64,000 bases of DNA from Octopus vulgaris (GCA_951406725.2 OX597822.1:72912001-72976000); one strand, 5' to 3'; shown: positions 1 through 15,335, counted from the stretch's first letter. Numbers and translations are program-made. The notes: generated by a model from the sequence alone, not told the origin.

Positions 1-1330
1 TATGGAAACAGCGATCATACGCTTGTTTGAAATCAACCCACGAAACAGAAAGATTTCTAAGTCCCATATAGCAGTCCCAGTGAATGATTTAATTTATCAA
101 AAGCTTGTTTTCATCACACAACCTACGTTCGCAGCCATTTTATTCGTTGGGGGAAAATTCTGTAATCCGGGAGAAGGTTATACGTGTCTTTACTAATGGG
201 AGATGTTAGTATGTTATACACAATTGAAAGACAAGTAATTGATCAGAGTTTGGGAAGGGTTATAAGTTACTTCACGTTTGGGATTTAAGCTACTCCACCT
301 ACAAGTCAAAGAAGGATTCTTTAAGGTTCTTTAATATTTCCTGTATCAAACTCACCACCAAAACGTTCTACTTTAATATTTCTACTTCTGTTTTTATTTT
401 ACTACATTCCCTATTGTCCTCATCAGCATCATCGCCGTCATTGCCATCGTCATCGGCATAATCAATAACGTTGTCCTTGACATCGTGATTATCAAACTTA
501 CCGTCGTCGTAGTCATCGTCGTCGTCAAGACGACTTGATATCCCATGGGACTCGGTCAGACATTCAGCCAGAAAATAGGGCTCCCATTTTTCCATGCGAT
601 TTCTATTTCCTGGATTTGCTCATTTCAGTCCGGAGATCTTCATCAAAGAGATCATCATTCCATATTTACTCTTAAATATGTTCAGTATCTCTGATTTACA
701 AACGAATCGAGGGAACATCACAATTGTGTTCATTGGGATTCGATCAGATTGATTTCCAAAACATTTGTACTTACTCCTCGGCAGGGGTAATTTTAACAAT
801 TATATTAGCTTTTGCAATTTTTCTCCAAACGATTCTTTTAGAATCTTTTCGGAACATTCTATTATCCTTGAAGAAGTTTGATCTTTGCTTGAGCCTCGTT
901 ATACCTGATCACTTGCATGGTTTTTCGGCTGCATTATTGATTTCAGTTATTCCTTTTATGTCATATTCTATTTTCAGTTTCTTAGCTTTCGGTATCTTAA
1001 AATTTTCTTCGTCTTTGATATTCCTGAATATTTCAATATCAGATCTAAGTACATTATTTTTAATTCTCTCTTGCTATGCTTGTTTCCTGTTTATAATATT
1101 AATCTTTCTTTTTAGTCGAATACCATCCTGCGCTGGTTACTAACGCTGTAGCATAGAATAAATTATTCACTAAGCTAAGATCTACTTCATTAAGATTTTA
1201 GCACTGCCTTTACCTTTCCTATTATTCTACCAATTACTTTTGAGTTGCGAATCTATGGAAAATCATTGCGAATTCTCATTTCGATGTCTTTGACCAAAAA
1301 CCACTCTGACAGAATTTCTATCAACAGATT
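1..1330 (-). pseudogene. Degenerate R4/Dong-type non-LTR retrotransposon, pre-RT region and start of RT domain (runs off window start)
   Basis: Minus-strand translation with stops/frameshifts gives ITCLSIVYNILTS (cf. RPITCLxxxYKxLT), PNE*NGC...KLLIN and RNLSVSWVDFKQAYD (cf. NLxxAWIDYKKAYDSVPH); upstream TPAEE*VQMFWKS. Interrupted by a degenerate GAY-triplet tract at ~415-530. Confidence 0.75.
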
Positions 1331-2159
1331 GTCAAATTAATTTTTTGTGTTTCTACTTGGACAAAATTTCCAGAAAGGTGCGGAAACTGACGAAGATTCA
1401 AGCTGAAATGCCCTGAGAAAGGGACATTTATAGGCCGTGCCGGCTCAAGGAAAATATGACTGGATCTTATTTAAGATATGAGTAATATGTGCGTTGCTAA
1501 TCGTTCAGTGCCACTGATGGTTGGTGTACAAGTCTGTCAGACATTGCTGACTTCAGTAACGAGAATGAATATAAGCGATTCAGAATAGAAGGAAAAAAGC
1601 GGCATAGTGGCGTGACAGGAGATAGCGACATAGTGGTTTGACAGTGAATATAACATTTATCACAGATGAGTGTGATAATGTTTGGATAAACAAGAGTCGT
1701 GGCAATAGATACAGAAAGCAGGTGTAAATGCAGAAATCAAACGTAAATGAAGCTTCAATCTGTGTTGCAGAACGTACACTTAATATTAATTATGTCCATA
1801 AGAACGCTGAATCACTCTAAGCAGGTAGAAAAGATGACAGCATCAGCGACATAATGAGGGAATACGGTAAACATGGACAAAAGGAACACGAATGGAGACG
1901 TGATAATACACATTGTATTGTTTGGTGGGAACTATGTGGAAAATATACAGTTGAGACAAAGCTGACAGGTGGTACGGATATCAACCAAATATAGTGTAAT
2001 TAAAACAGGAATTTGAGCTGAGGCATTGAAAATATCAATGTTATCAAGTTGTTCAGGTAAGAAGATAATATTGTTATCTTCAAAATATTCTTTACTTTTA
2101 TAATTTGTTGCATTGATTGGACTGAGACCATAAATCAACACGGAGAATTGTTCAATGAT

Positions 2160-2325
2160 AAATTCAATCCCAGGAATTATTTGTACTTATTTCATGTCTT
2201 GTACTAATTCTATCGGCCTTCTTTGGTCAATCTGCTAAAGTATGGATTCACAGATACACATCCACCCGTTGTAAAAGAGTGAAAATAAACATAAGTGTAT
2301 ACATGCAAGCATACACAGACATACA
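2160..2325 (-). mobile_element. Old 3' fragment of CORE-type SINE family
   Basis: Degenerate reverse complement of the 3' half of the family at 9735-10099 and 42570-42973. Confidence 0.45.
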
Positions 2326-2328
2326 TAC

Positions 2329-3570
2329 ATGCATATCTCTGACGAGGAATGTTACAGGTTTCTAGGGGTGGCTGAAAACATATCTTACAATGGCATCTGT
2401 AACGAAACACGTGTCACTAAAAAATATTACAGCCGCAAAAATAAAATTTGGACCTCAGATCTCTCTGCATTCAATAAAACAGTGGCCCACATTGCGTTTG
2501 CTGTGCCAGTTCTCATACCAACATTTGGGCTGCTTGATTGGGCGTTTGAGGAGATCCGAGCCATTGATGTGAAAACCAGGAAAATACTAACAAGCACATA
2601 TAATTTCCGCATAAACAGTGACGTAGTCCACCACTACCTAAAGCGAAAACAGGGCGGCAGAGGCTTAACATTGATCAAAAATGCTTTTGAATGTTGCATC
2701 ATATCCTTTGGGCAACATCTTTTAACCACCAAGCGTCAAAGTCCATCTCTTAAGTTTACATACTTGAGGCTGATAACGTCATAAAACTTGGAAGGCAGCA
2801 CTTTGAGTAGCATTCTTGATGTGATAACCTAGAATACATGCCAAAAGAAGTCGAATGACTCTACCGCAACGTATCATCAGTTGAAAAGATGGGTCTATAT
2901 GAGCAGAAGATTATGCATAGATTTGTTAGTAGAAAGCTCCGAAATGATTGGAACATTGTTCATTAAGCAGTCTATTATGGACCAATAGCCGGATTACTAC
3001 CTTCCACATTAAAGGGTATGAGTTTGCAATCCAGGAACAGGAAATATCAACCAAGTACCTGATGTACAAAAGGATGGAGATGCTGGAAAAGCAGTAAAGT
3101 GTGTCAATCGATGTAGACTTTGTGCAGGTAACAGCGAATATATCACCCACATCATAAGCAGTTGTCCGAAAATGTCATCACGATATTATCGACCGAGGAG
3201 AATGTTGTAGCTAGGACACTCTATAATGAAATCCAGCTGAAAGATAACCTTGAGGACAAAGAAATAAGAACCAACAGTATAGTGGAGGACCTAGCCACTG
3301 AAAATAAAAAGGAGTACTGGTGAAATGTCCTGGTGAAAACCTCAATAAAATTTAAACACAAGATAGGGAAGAGAAACTGTACTTTTGTAGAAATTAGCTG
3401 CCCAGCGGATGTTATCATAAAGCTGAAGAACAGTGAACAATAACTACGCTGAACTATTGAGAAATCTACAGTTACTTTACCCAGACTACAAGTTCAAGTT
3501 TATACTTGTAACTATTGGGGCACTAGGATATATAACACACTGCCTAAATACCGACCTTGAGAAATATGAA
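2329..3570 (+). pseudogene. R4/Dong-type retrotransposon fragment (RT thumb, CCHC knuckle, RLE), degenerate
   Basis: ORF 2329-2784: YRFLGV...NKTVAHIAFAVPVL...IDVKTRKIL...YLKRKQGGRGL; CRLCAGNSEYITHIISSC at ~3110-3165; VEISCPAD and VTIGALG remnants further 3'. Confidence 0.85.
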
Positions 3571-4318
3571 GATTCGTGTCAAAATGGTATAGGAAACTTT
3601 GTTTGAACCAGCATTAACAGGCTGAGAAGTGCAAGACTTAGGAGAAAAGTGACTGCAAATATACCGCTAGCACAGACCCATACTTCTCATAATTGCAACG
3701 TCGACGGGCTTCTTTGCAAATCGCTGGCGGGGCTCAGATATCACATTCGACATAAGCATTATGACTGACAAAATGTGGGTTGTCGGATTCACATACGTCC
3801 ATAACGACGAGAGAGTTTATCTCTCTCTCACACACACACACTCACACACATATGTGTGTGCGTGTGTGTGTGACTGTCGACCGTCAACACCTCTTGTGTC
3901 TACCTTTTATATTCCTGCCTTTAGGCTTTCACTTCATATACGCCAACTCAATTTGATTTGTTCTCAGTCGAAAGACGCCTATTGTTATTTCTTGTTGTCT
4001 GTATTCGTAACTGTGTACCATGTTCTCCGTTTTTTTTGTTTATTTGTCTTTTTTTTGTCTTTGTTGCCATACATATTCGCAAGCTTTCTTACAAAGAGTC
4101 TAATGCTCTTAGCTTAGACTTTTTAGTGGGGCAACCAGATCGAACCATCACAAGTGTAACTGCCCGAAATGGCCGTAATTTCTGGGACTTGACTGATGAA
4201 AGAAAGATAAGAATGAGCCGTCGTTTTTGCCTGCCCTTTTAATTGTTGTTTCTCTTGTCCGCCTATGTATCGTCTATCTGTCTGAATGTTTTAACGCTCT
4301 CTATTGCGTTTATGTTCC

Positions 4319-4383
<65 letters not shown>

Positions 4384-5071
4384 TAGATAGATAGATAGAT
4401 ATAATGTAAACACGCACACACATATGTTTTACACCCTCCGTCACTGTCAACATTTAATGCATATTTTGCAACAATAAACATGATAGTGATTTAGGGTAAT
4501 TTTAATAGTAATGAATTTATAATAATGCTTTAATAATAATCGGTTTGATAATAAATGTAATGTGTCGGAATAACACACAGAAAATAAGTAAATGTTGGAA
4601 ACAGTGAAAGGGTTGTAGTATACAGGATGTACGTGTAATAAACTTTAGTATAAAAGTAATAAAGTAGTAAACATACGAATTAATGAGATTGGACAAAATA
4701 ACATTAAATATAATGATATTGCTTAAAATACATCACCGGTAGACAGAAATTGAGATGTTGCACTTATTATGATAGGAATTTTGTTATGCAATAAATATAA
4801 TAAATTTACAAAAATTTCGAGTACGAAATGAAAAATCGGGAAGATAGTTTCTTTAATGTGTCTGACAAGTTTAACAGTGGAGTAGAGAAGGTACGAGTCA
4901 ATAAATACAAAATCGTGTAGCAGTAATGTAAACGTCGATACACTAAAGTCAAATTGATTAATTATGTAATAGATACGGCATATTTAGAGAATACGTGATT
5001 ATGAATCAACGGAAGACTCCATTCCGAAGTCAAAATATCAGCTCTATCTTACGCCATACGCTTTCATCTTA

Positions 5072-5157
<86 letters not shown>

Positions 5158-5165
5158 TAATAATA
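5072..5165 (+). repeat. (TAA)n microsatellite
   Basis: Direct read. Confidence 0.95.
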
Positions 5166-6151
5166 AAAAGAAAAGTTTGCATTCTATGGTATATATCCTT
5201 GGGCAGACAAACGCACAAAAGTTATTCGCCGCTAGAAAATGGTTGGTCACAGGTCTTCTTCAATCACGGTTGACTTGGGATTCAACAACAAAAAAGAAAC
5301 GTAACTGATATATTCACATTGAATCCCGTGGCCAGTTAAATACCTTGTTGCATTGGGAAATAAATACACGTTTTTGTTTGCGCTTGGACGTTTTCAAGAC
5401 AAATTGTTCAGCAGACTAGACGCTCTAAACTGTCCACTGCACGATTTCTATTGACTTATGGAAGTTTTCTATAAAAAATAGTATGAAATACTGAAAAACT
5501 TCGATTTCCTGAGATCGTTCATGCTGTTACAAATGCGTCTCTTCAAGTTTTTAAATTCTAAAACTCTGAGAATATGCTAACTTTACAGAAAATAGTGGCA
5601 AAGCGTAGTTCTTGTCTTCAAAGTCTATTGTTGAAAGCATCGAACGTGTTTCTGTCTTATTAATCACTTCATTCAAATTTTACCAACATATTTTGTAATA
5701 ATTAATAATGGCCAGTATATTTAGAAATAAGGCGAAAATAATGAACGTTAGTTAAGATTCTCAGCAAAATAACTGCGGAAGAGTATTTCGGGAAAGCCTT
5801 TTGAATTTTATATACAATATGGTAAGGTCTCTCTCAGGTACGAAATATTCAGAAATTAATTACTTGACCATACCCTCGAAACTAGTAAACAGAAACATTT
5901 TTCTTGTAAGGTATTTAAAATCGAAAAATCGAAACCAAAGGAGAAAGCTTTGATAATATCAATCAAAGAAATTTGTTCAAGGATGCTAATAAGGAAAGCA
6001 GTTAAGTGAGGACAGTTTAAGGAAAGGAGTAGATGGCGACAGAATTCTAAATCTGAAGAAAGATAAAACTAAACCTTTTTCCAAAGGCTTCATATAGTAT
6101 TTAACCTTTTCTAACAATTAAGCAATATTCCATTATTATCATTATTATTAT

Positions 6152-6216
<65 letters not shown>

Positions 6217-6217
6217 G

Positions 6218-6440
6218 ACGTGATACCAATAGTAATTGGTGTACTTGGAAGAATCAGCACTCAACTACCAACATGGCTGAAAAAGATCGGTGCAAGTGTG
6301 AAAGTAGAACATCTACAAAAGTCAGCATTGTTTGGAATTGCGAGAATTCGTCTCAGGGTTCTTGAAGCATGATCAGTAAACAAGTGTCACCTTAGACACT
6401 GTGTCTCATACGCAACAAAATAAGCTATGAGTTTTCATAT
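6218..6440 (+). mobile_element. R4/Dong 3'-terminal fragment following (TAA)n
   Basis: VIPIVIGVLGRISTQLPTWLKKIGASVKVEHLQKSALFGIARI..RVLEA*, the typical RLE C-terminus; starts directly after the TAA array. Confidence 0.8.
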
Positions 6441-6459
6441 AATAAGAAGAAAAAGAAGA

Positions 6460-7290
6460 AATAACGAAAGCTGTAAAAACAACTGGGATCCATACTAAAG
6501 CAGCAACGGATTATGATAAAACGGTGGTAAAAAAAGTCCCTTCATGGCAAATATGAGAAGCTCAGGACTCAAATCAGAGACTGAAGGTTTTTAATTGCAA
6601 CACAAGATCAAAGCCTTCTCACCAGAAATTACCAAAAACATGTAGTGAAAAGAAATGCAAGTAACTGCAGAATATCTGGAGAGGGAGACAAAACAATAAA
6701 TCCTATTGTATCTGGCTGTCCAGTCCTGGCTAAGAAGGAATATTTTCACAGACACAACATAGTTTGGATCTATATACACTGGAAGATATGCCAACATTAT
6801 GGAATAATAGAAAAAAGATGGTATAGACATACGGCAGAAAATGTCACGGGTGATGAAAAAGCAACAATACTATGGGATATGACAATACACATAGGCAGAG
6901 AAATTAAAGGTCAACAAGCTGGACTTTCTAATCGATATATCAACACCAACAGATGACAATATTTCTCTAAAAGAAATGGAGAAACTTACAAAATACAAAG
7001 ATCTGGAAACAGAGGTAACTCGAATGTGGAGTGTAAAAACATAAACAATTCCTATCATAGTATGCGCATTAGGTATGATAATAAAATATTCAGACAAATA
7101 CATAACAAAAACCAGGACTAACATGTATATATAACATTCATAAATGCACAAATAGATTGCACAAATCCTACGTAAAACACTTTCAATAGAGTAAATGTAA
7201 GAGCATCACAACAAACTACAGCACATACCCAAGGCACACAGAGCTGCGCTCGGTAGTGCACTGAAAGCACGTGATAAAATTAAGACTACT
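6460..7290 (+). mobile_element. Older, deleted copy of the same Dong family as 8205-9591
   Basis: Colinear with 8650-9590 (CRISGEGDKTINPIVSGCPVLAKKEYFHRH) and shares the 3' UTR gagcatcacaacaaa..cagcacatacccaaggcacacagagctgcgctcggtagtg; has internal deletions and stops. Confidence 0.9.
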
Positions 7291-7329
7291 AAATGATAAT
7301 AATTATTATTATCATTATCATCATTATAT

Positions 7330-7910
7330 TAAGGGAGCACATTAGGAACGAGTAAGTGTCTCCGCTGAGTCGCATCTGCAATAGAGCGAAAGTACTGTAT
7401 TGGAAACTGTGCGAATAGCGGGAGCTAGAGAGAGGCAAGATGTGGTATGAGGACAAACCGCAAAGACTGACAGAGTCGGAGACCAGCAAAATCCTCTGAT
7501 CAGGTGCTGGAGCATAATAGACCAGACTTAGTGGTGACGGACGAGGTGCACCACATATGCTATATAGTTGATGTTGCATGCCTCTTTGACCCACGGATAG
7601 TCAACATGGAAGACGAAAAGATACATAGATACAACTCTCTTAAATACGAAATAGCCCGACTGCGGAAAATGAAGGTGAAGATAGTGCCAATTATTGCGGG
7701 GCCCTTGGGAACAGCATCAGAAGGCATCAAGAAGAATATAAATGAAATTGGAATAGAGTGTCCTGTAGAACTGCAACAAAAAATTTGCCTCCTCGGCACG
7801 GCCAGAATAACCAGGTAAGTATTAGATGAAAAGAACGAATAGCATGGTACCGTAGGCTGCAGGTAGCAAGGGTGCTACGCATACAAGACTCCAAGAGTTT
7901 CAACAAGAGA
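7330..7910 (+). mobile_element. R4/Dong RLE-domain fragment, different family
   Basis: ORF 7504-7818 LEHNRPDLVV...CYIVDVACLFD...KIHRYNSLKYEIARL...IVPIIAGPLG...LQQKICLLGTARI. Confidence 0.85.
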
Positions 7911-7929
7911 AAAAAAAAATAATAATGTA

Positions 7930-8095
7930 AATGCAGAACACCTACAGAAAACAACATTGCTTGGAACTGCAAAAATTATCGCGGGATTCTTGAAGCATGA
8001 CCAGTAAATAATTGTTAACAGCTGGCTGTGGATAGGTGACATTTTCCATAATACTCAGCAAGGTAAGCTGTTAGTTTTTATCAAATAACAACAAC
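7930..8095 (+). mobile_element. Short R4/Dong 3' end, same family as 6218-6440
   Basis: EHLQKTTLLGTAKI; shares cttgaagcatgaYcagtaaa with 6361-6380. Confidence 0.7.
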
Positions 8096-8098
8096 AGA

Positions 8099-9640
<1,542 letters not shown>

Positions 9641-9641
<1 letters not shown>

Positions 9642-10450
9642 GGTATGGATATGAGGTTACGGGTGCTTGGCACCAACATACACCGGAAAAGGTAATGGAC
9701 GAAGAGGAGAAGGCAAAAATCCTTTGGACCTTATTTACCAACTACATGTTCCCGGGTTCAGTCCCACTGCGCGTCAACTTGGGCAAGTGTCTTCTGCTAT
9801 AGCCTCAGGTCGACCAAAACCTTGTGAGTGGATTTGGTAGACAGAAACTAGAAGAAACCCGTCGTAGTATATATATGTGTGTGTGTGTCTGTTTGTGTCC
9901 CTAGCATCGCTTGACAACCTTATTATGTGCATGCTCGTGTGTTTACGTCCCCGTAATCTAGCGGTTCGACAAAAGAGACCGATATAACAAATACTAGGCT
10001 TACAAAGAATAAGCTCTGGGGTCGATTTGCTCGACTATAAAGGCGGTGCTCCAGCATGGCTGCAGTCAAATAACTGAAACAAGTAAAAGAGTAAAAGAGC
10101 ACCCAAGGCCATATATAGCAACCTTTAGTAAGGACAAACAAGAGTGCCTAATAATCGACATAGCAGTGCCAGGAGATCAACATATCACCATGAAAGAAAG
10201 AGAAAAAGTTGGTAAATAAATGGACCTGAGAACTCAGATCGCTAATATGTGGCTGGGCTCAATACCACCCAATCTGAAAAGAACATCTGAAAACCTTAGA
10301 GATACCCTACAGTCTAGATGTATTGCAAAAGTCGGTATTACTTCGAACTGCTGGCATATTGCGTAAAATACATTTCGTCTGAGGTCCTTCTGTGACTTGA
10401 CATATCTTCAATCAACAACCTCACGATATTGTATAGTGTGCGAAGTCTGT
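9641..10450 (+). mobile_element. R4/Dong RLE fragment interrupted by a SINE
   Basis: WHQHTPEKVMDEEEKAKILW (9667-9727) resumes after the SINE as RPYIATFSKDKQECLIIDIAVPGDQHITMKEREKV; ends in TAA repeats at 10450. Confidence 0.8.
9735..10099 (+). mobile_element. tRNA-derived CORE-type SINE with internal TA/TG microsatellite
   Basis: B-box-like gggttcagtccc, CORE-like acttgggcaagtgtctt, internal tatatgtgtg, tail ...gactgaaacaagtaaaagagtaaaagag; more than 10 related copies in the window. Confidence 0.85.
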
Positions 10451-10484
10451 AATAATAATAAATAATAATTATAATAATAATGAT

Positions 10485-10526
<42 letters not shown>

Positions 10527-10820
10527 TTTGGCACAAGGCCAGCAATTTCGGGAGAGCGGTTAAGTCGATTATATTGTCCCCGAAGGGATGAAATGCATAG
10601 TCTGCCTCACTGAAATTTGAACTCAGAACTAAATATGGACGAAATGCTGCTAAGCATTTCAGGCCTGCTTGTCGTCATAATAATATAACATTTCTTCTCG
10701 TTCTAAATTCTGAGTTCAAATACCGCAGAGATCAACTTTCATTTTCCTCCTTTCGGGAGCGTCAAAAAAAAAAAAAAAAGAAAAAAGACTACCAGTAATG
10801 TACGGGGGTATATAGCATCA
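10527..10820. mobile_element. Two degenerate Nin-type SINE fragments in opposite orientation
   Basis: Similar to 28857-29230; first on minus (10527-10680), second on plus (10700-10820). Confidence 0.55.
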
Positions 10821-10962
10821 ACTAATTTGATCCATTTAAATTACTGGCTTTTTGCTTAGAGTTATGCTTAGTCTCCCTCTTTTTTTTCTCTTCATCCACC
10901 TCACCTAACACTGTCTCTTCCCACTGTCCTTTTCTGCTCCTCAGTACCATACCCCACGTCAT

Positions 10963-11002
<40 letters not shown>

Positions 11003-11623
11003 GCTACTACAGTAATCATCATTATCGTCACCTCTCTGATCATCATTATCATCATCACAGGAAAACTACCAAAATCTATTCGATTGATATACATGCTATT
11101 TTAATGTATCATCATTATACACGACTTCCAACACGCACAAATGTTTATTTGACATCTTATTCATGTTATTTATAATACACAGGCAGCAAAAATGTAAAAC
11201 AAAAACGAACGTAAAACTAAATCCTAGTATAGGTTTTCAAATAATACGAGAAACATTATTTATGTTATTTGCCCACTCTTACAATCAGAATGCTGGTCCC
11301 TTCAAAAGCTTTTTAGAACACTTGTACATTAGAACGATCAATATATTGGATGTTGATGGCGAGGCAATACATGCAAACTTATTACTAGAAATCTTGGGGA
11401 ATGAAAGCAACACAATTCTTTTCATACAGGTGTAATATTAAAAAAAAAAATTATCAGAGAAATAAAATTCGAGTTATCAGTTATGTATTATTTTTGATAG
11501 ATTTTTTAAAAGATGCCTATTTTCTGTGTATTTCGAATGAGTATTTCGGACTTTTATCTTCGTCAAAAATTTTTCTTGGTGTTCAAGTATGAGGTACGTG
11601 TGTACATAAGCGTATGTGCGTGC

Positions 11624-11706
<83 letters not shown>

Positions 11707-11740
11707 TGTATGCATGCATGTAAGTATGTATGCATGTGGT

Positions 11741-12045
11741 GGAGGTGCAATAGCCCAGTGGTTAGGGTAGCGAACTAGCGGTCGGAGGATCGCGTTTTCG
11801 ATTCCCAGACTAGGCGTTATGTGTGCTTATTGAGCGAAAAAAAATTAAGCTCCACGAGGCTCCGGCAGGGGGGGGGTGACTCCTGTTGTACCCTTTCGCC
11901 ACAACTTTCTCTCACTCTCTCTTCCTGTTTCTTGAGTAACGCTGCGATGGACTGGCGTCCCGTCCAGCTGGAGGGACCACATACGTCACAGAAACTGGGA
12001 AACCGGGTCCATGAGCCTGGCTAGGCTTGAAAAGGGCGCATAAAT
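11741..12045 (+). mobile_element. tRNA-derived SINE (Meta-like family)
   Basis: A box tagcccagtggttag, B box ttcgattcc, body gctgcgatggactggcgtcccgtccagctg...gaaaccggg...catgagcctggctaggc shared with 52349-52600. Confidence 0.85.
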
Positions 12046-12461
12046 AAATAAAATAAATATAAGCATGTGCGTGTGTGTATACATATATAACAGAACACAC
12101 ACTCGCTTCCACCCACGCATACACATTGGAATAGAGGAAAAATTAACCGGTGCATTACGTAATTAGTTTAATTAAAATAATTCTTAAGCCGTTGCTACTC
12201 TGAGTTTTGTGTTTTGGTTTTTGGATATGAATGCAGATATTTTATGCAATATGTATACAAGTTAACATATATATTTTATAAGTGTATACTTTATAATGAA
12301 ACCTGAGTCGCTTCAATTAATGCGACCACTTGACGATCTCGCCATCTCCTCTCAATATTGTTGTGTGCGTGTTTGTATGTGTGTACATACATATAAATAT
12401 ATAAATATATATATGTATGTGTGTGTGTATATATATATATGTGTGTGTGTATATATTACAC

Positions 12462-12665
12462 TCTTTTTTATTTGTTTCAATCATTTGACTGCAGCCATGC
12501 TGGAGCACCGCCTTTAGACGAACAAATAGACCTCAGGACTTTTCTTTGTAAGCCTTTCGGTTTCTTTTGCTGAACCACTAAGTTACGAGGACGTAAACAC
12601 ACCAGCAACTGTTGCCAAGTGATGGTGGGGGGAAAATATCGATAAAAAAACAAACAAACACGCAC

Positions 12666-12717
<52 letters not shown>

Positions 12718-12880
12718 GACGGGCTTCTTTCAGTTTTCGTCAACTAAATCCACTCAAAATGCTTTGGTCGGCCCGAGCTTATAGTAGAAGACACTTGCCG
12801 AAGGTGCCACACAGTGGGACTGAACCCGGAACCATGTGGTTAGTAAGTAAACTACTTACCACGCTGCCTCTCCTGCGCCT
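12462..12880 (-). mobile_element. CORE-type SINE with internal (TA)n
   Basis: Reverse complement of the 9735-10099 family; (TA)n at 12670-12716 at the internal microsatellite site. Confidence 0.85.
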
Positions 12881-13767
12881 GTATGTGTGTGTGTGTGTGT
12901 ATATGTGCAAGCATACTTATATATATGCATGTATGTATCTATCTATGTATATACATATTTATATAAACACCTTGTTATGTGCATATTATATAAACAACGC
13001 GCTTATAACATTTCGATTCCATTTTTTTTTCTTCGTTATCAATTATTCAGTTATTATTTCGGAATATGGAAATCCCGGGAGGGCGATATACTTACGAAGG
13101 GGCTGCTCATTGAGGAGGAAGAACTAAGATGGAGAAAACTGATAAAAAGGAATAATACTTTGAATAGGAGAAGAAAAGATAATAGCAGAGAAATATTACA
13201 TTAGAGGTTTGCTTTTTAATATTCTTCCGAAAATATTGCCAGAGGAATACAACCATTATGTGAAGCCAGCAACACTTTGATAATGAGTAACCATCTGTGG
13301 CGCTTGAGGAATGGGAAAACATGGTCAATACTAAAGATCTATATTACTATGTGGAAAAATATTCAATGTTTTTAAGGGATCGATGACACTTTTCTCCTTG
13401 CTTGATGTCTTTTCTTTTTTTTTGTTTTGATATCATGGTTTGACTTCTGGTGGTTTTCGTAGTTGTGGACGAGGTGGTGATGGTGGTTGGTTGATGGTAG
13501 TGGTAAGAGAATCAGAGTAAGGTTTGTGTCCGTTCTGCCTTTGCTACTTATGAGTCTTATGGTTATGTTGGTGATTGAAGTGCTAATAATGACGGCGATG
13601 CTCTCATAAAACGCGGGGTGGTTTATGGAACTCCGACTGAGGATGCTCAACATTGTGTAATCGCTGAAGAATCGATTAAGTTTTCTCTTGCAATTTACAG
13701 AGAACAAAATCGTACTAAGGGTGTTTCAAATCTTAAACAAGGAGAAATAGAGATAAATCTAGTTATA

Positions 13768-13981
13768 CGGGGTGGCCCAAAATTAGGTTTACACTTATCG
13801 CATAAGCACTTTAGATTTCTTTCAAAACAGTTTATTACATTTAAAATTCTATCTTACATTTAATTGAATTAGCATATAATAATGTTTCATATTTTTTTTT
13901 TATAATTAAGATCTAAAATGTTAATATATGAATGCGAAAGAGATAGTTGAATAACTGTAAACCTACTTTTGGGCCCTCCTG
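13768..13981. mobile_element. Tc1/mariner-type MITE (214 bp)
   Basis: TIRs cggggtggcccaaaattaggtttacacttat / ataactgtaaacctacttttgggccctcctg, with TA on both sides (13766-67, 13982-83). Confidence 0.85.
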
Positions 13982-14081
13982 TATATGCCAAGAGAAATTC
14001 TGATAAAGATATCGGAGGTAAAAGTGAATCCTGTTATATTCGCAAATTCGCCATTACACACACACACACACACACACACTC

Positions 14082-14112
<31 letters not shown>

Positions 14113-14516
14113 ACGCACACATACATACTATACGCGTACACGTACATACACATTCATACATTATAGACTGCAACCATTAAAAAGAAACCTGTTGCTTTAA
14201 CTACTATATACATTTCAAGTGCTACCTAAACAAACTACAACATACTATACTACTGATTGCGTGCAAACTCTCCTGCTGGTCAAATTTACAGTTATATTGA
14301 CACACAAAAATTGAACATCTAGATAATTTGTTTCACATAGTGTCACACTAACACGTAACTAATAATTTCTCAAATTAAAAATTTGGCGTTGAAGTATCAC
14401 ATATCTAGATAACTCTATAATGCCTTCTCGTGAGGAGTAAATCACTTTATTGGCATCATCCTTACCCCATGAACTAAAGCTACAATGTTGAGCAATACCA
14501 GGACCAATGCATAATA

Positions 14517-14943
14517 CTTTTCTACAAGAGACATAAGACTTGAAATTTGCGGGGGCGGGGTAAGTCGATTATATCGACCCCAATGCGTAACTGGTACTTA
14601 TTTAATCGACCCCAAAAGGATGAAAGGCAAAGTCGACTTCGGTGGAATTTGAACTCAGAACGTAGCGATGGACGAAACACCGCTAAGTATTCCGCTAGGT
14701 GTGCTAACGTTTCTTATTTTTTTATTGTCCACAAGGAGCTAAACATAGAAGGGACAAACAAGGACAAACGGATTAAGTCGATTATATCGACCCCAGTGCG
14801 TAACTGGTACTCATTTAATCGACCCCGAAAGGATGAAAGGCAAAGTCGACCTCGGCGGAATTTGAACTCAGAATGTAGCGGCAGACGAAATACCGCTAAA
14901 TATTCCGCCCGGTGTGCTAACGTTTCTGGCAGCTCTCCGCCTT
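14517..14943 (-). mobile_element. Dimeric Nin-type tRNA SINE
   Basis: Two units containing the reverse complement of gttctgagttcaaattccgccgaggtcgactttgcctttcatcctttcggggtcgattaaat.agtaccag. Confidence 0.85.
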
Positions 14944-15335
14944 AGGAGCAATTTACCGTTAATCTGCCATTACATAAATACGTTTGCGATTGTAATTCGT
15001 AGTTTCATTCCTATAGACACACATGCAAACATATACAAGCATACAACCAGTTGTTTGTGAATGTGTGCACGTGCATGCGTAAGTGCTATTGCGTGTACAT
15101 ATATAAATTGTAAATACGTATTTATATATCTACATAAAATCGGATTAAGAGAAAGTATACGGAAACAGTGTTACTGAATCAGAAATCACGTGACATTACA
15201 TGATGACGCTGAAACACTGAATTAAATTTAGAGTCCATTTGTGGCATTGCAGTAATATATTAAATGCACTTGTATGATTTTAACACTCAGACACCTCTAT
15301 AATATATACATTTTGATGTCGACATAAGTTCCTTG

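Noticed and set aside
368-1143. Asp-rich 75-aa ORF and hydrophobic 139-aa ORF
   Set aside because: A triplet repeat and the antisense frame of the Dong relic.
1381-1420. CTGACGA..GAAA motif
   Set aside because: Only a 2-bp stem II, with no stem I/III or UH site.
4160-4205. GAAA...CTGATGA as a permuted hammerhead
   Set aside because: Stems I and II do not pair convincingly; the surrounding 3870-4320 looks like an unclassified repeat.
11741-11815. tRNA gene (also at 52349)
   Set aside because: The A/B boxes belong to SINE heads; no cloverleaf.
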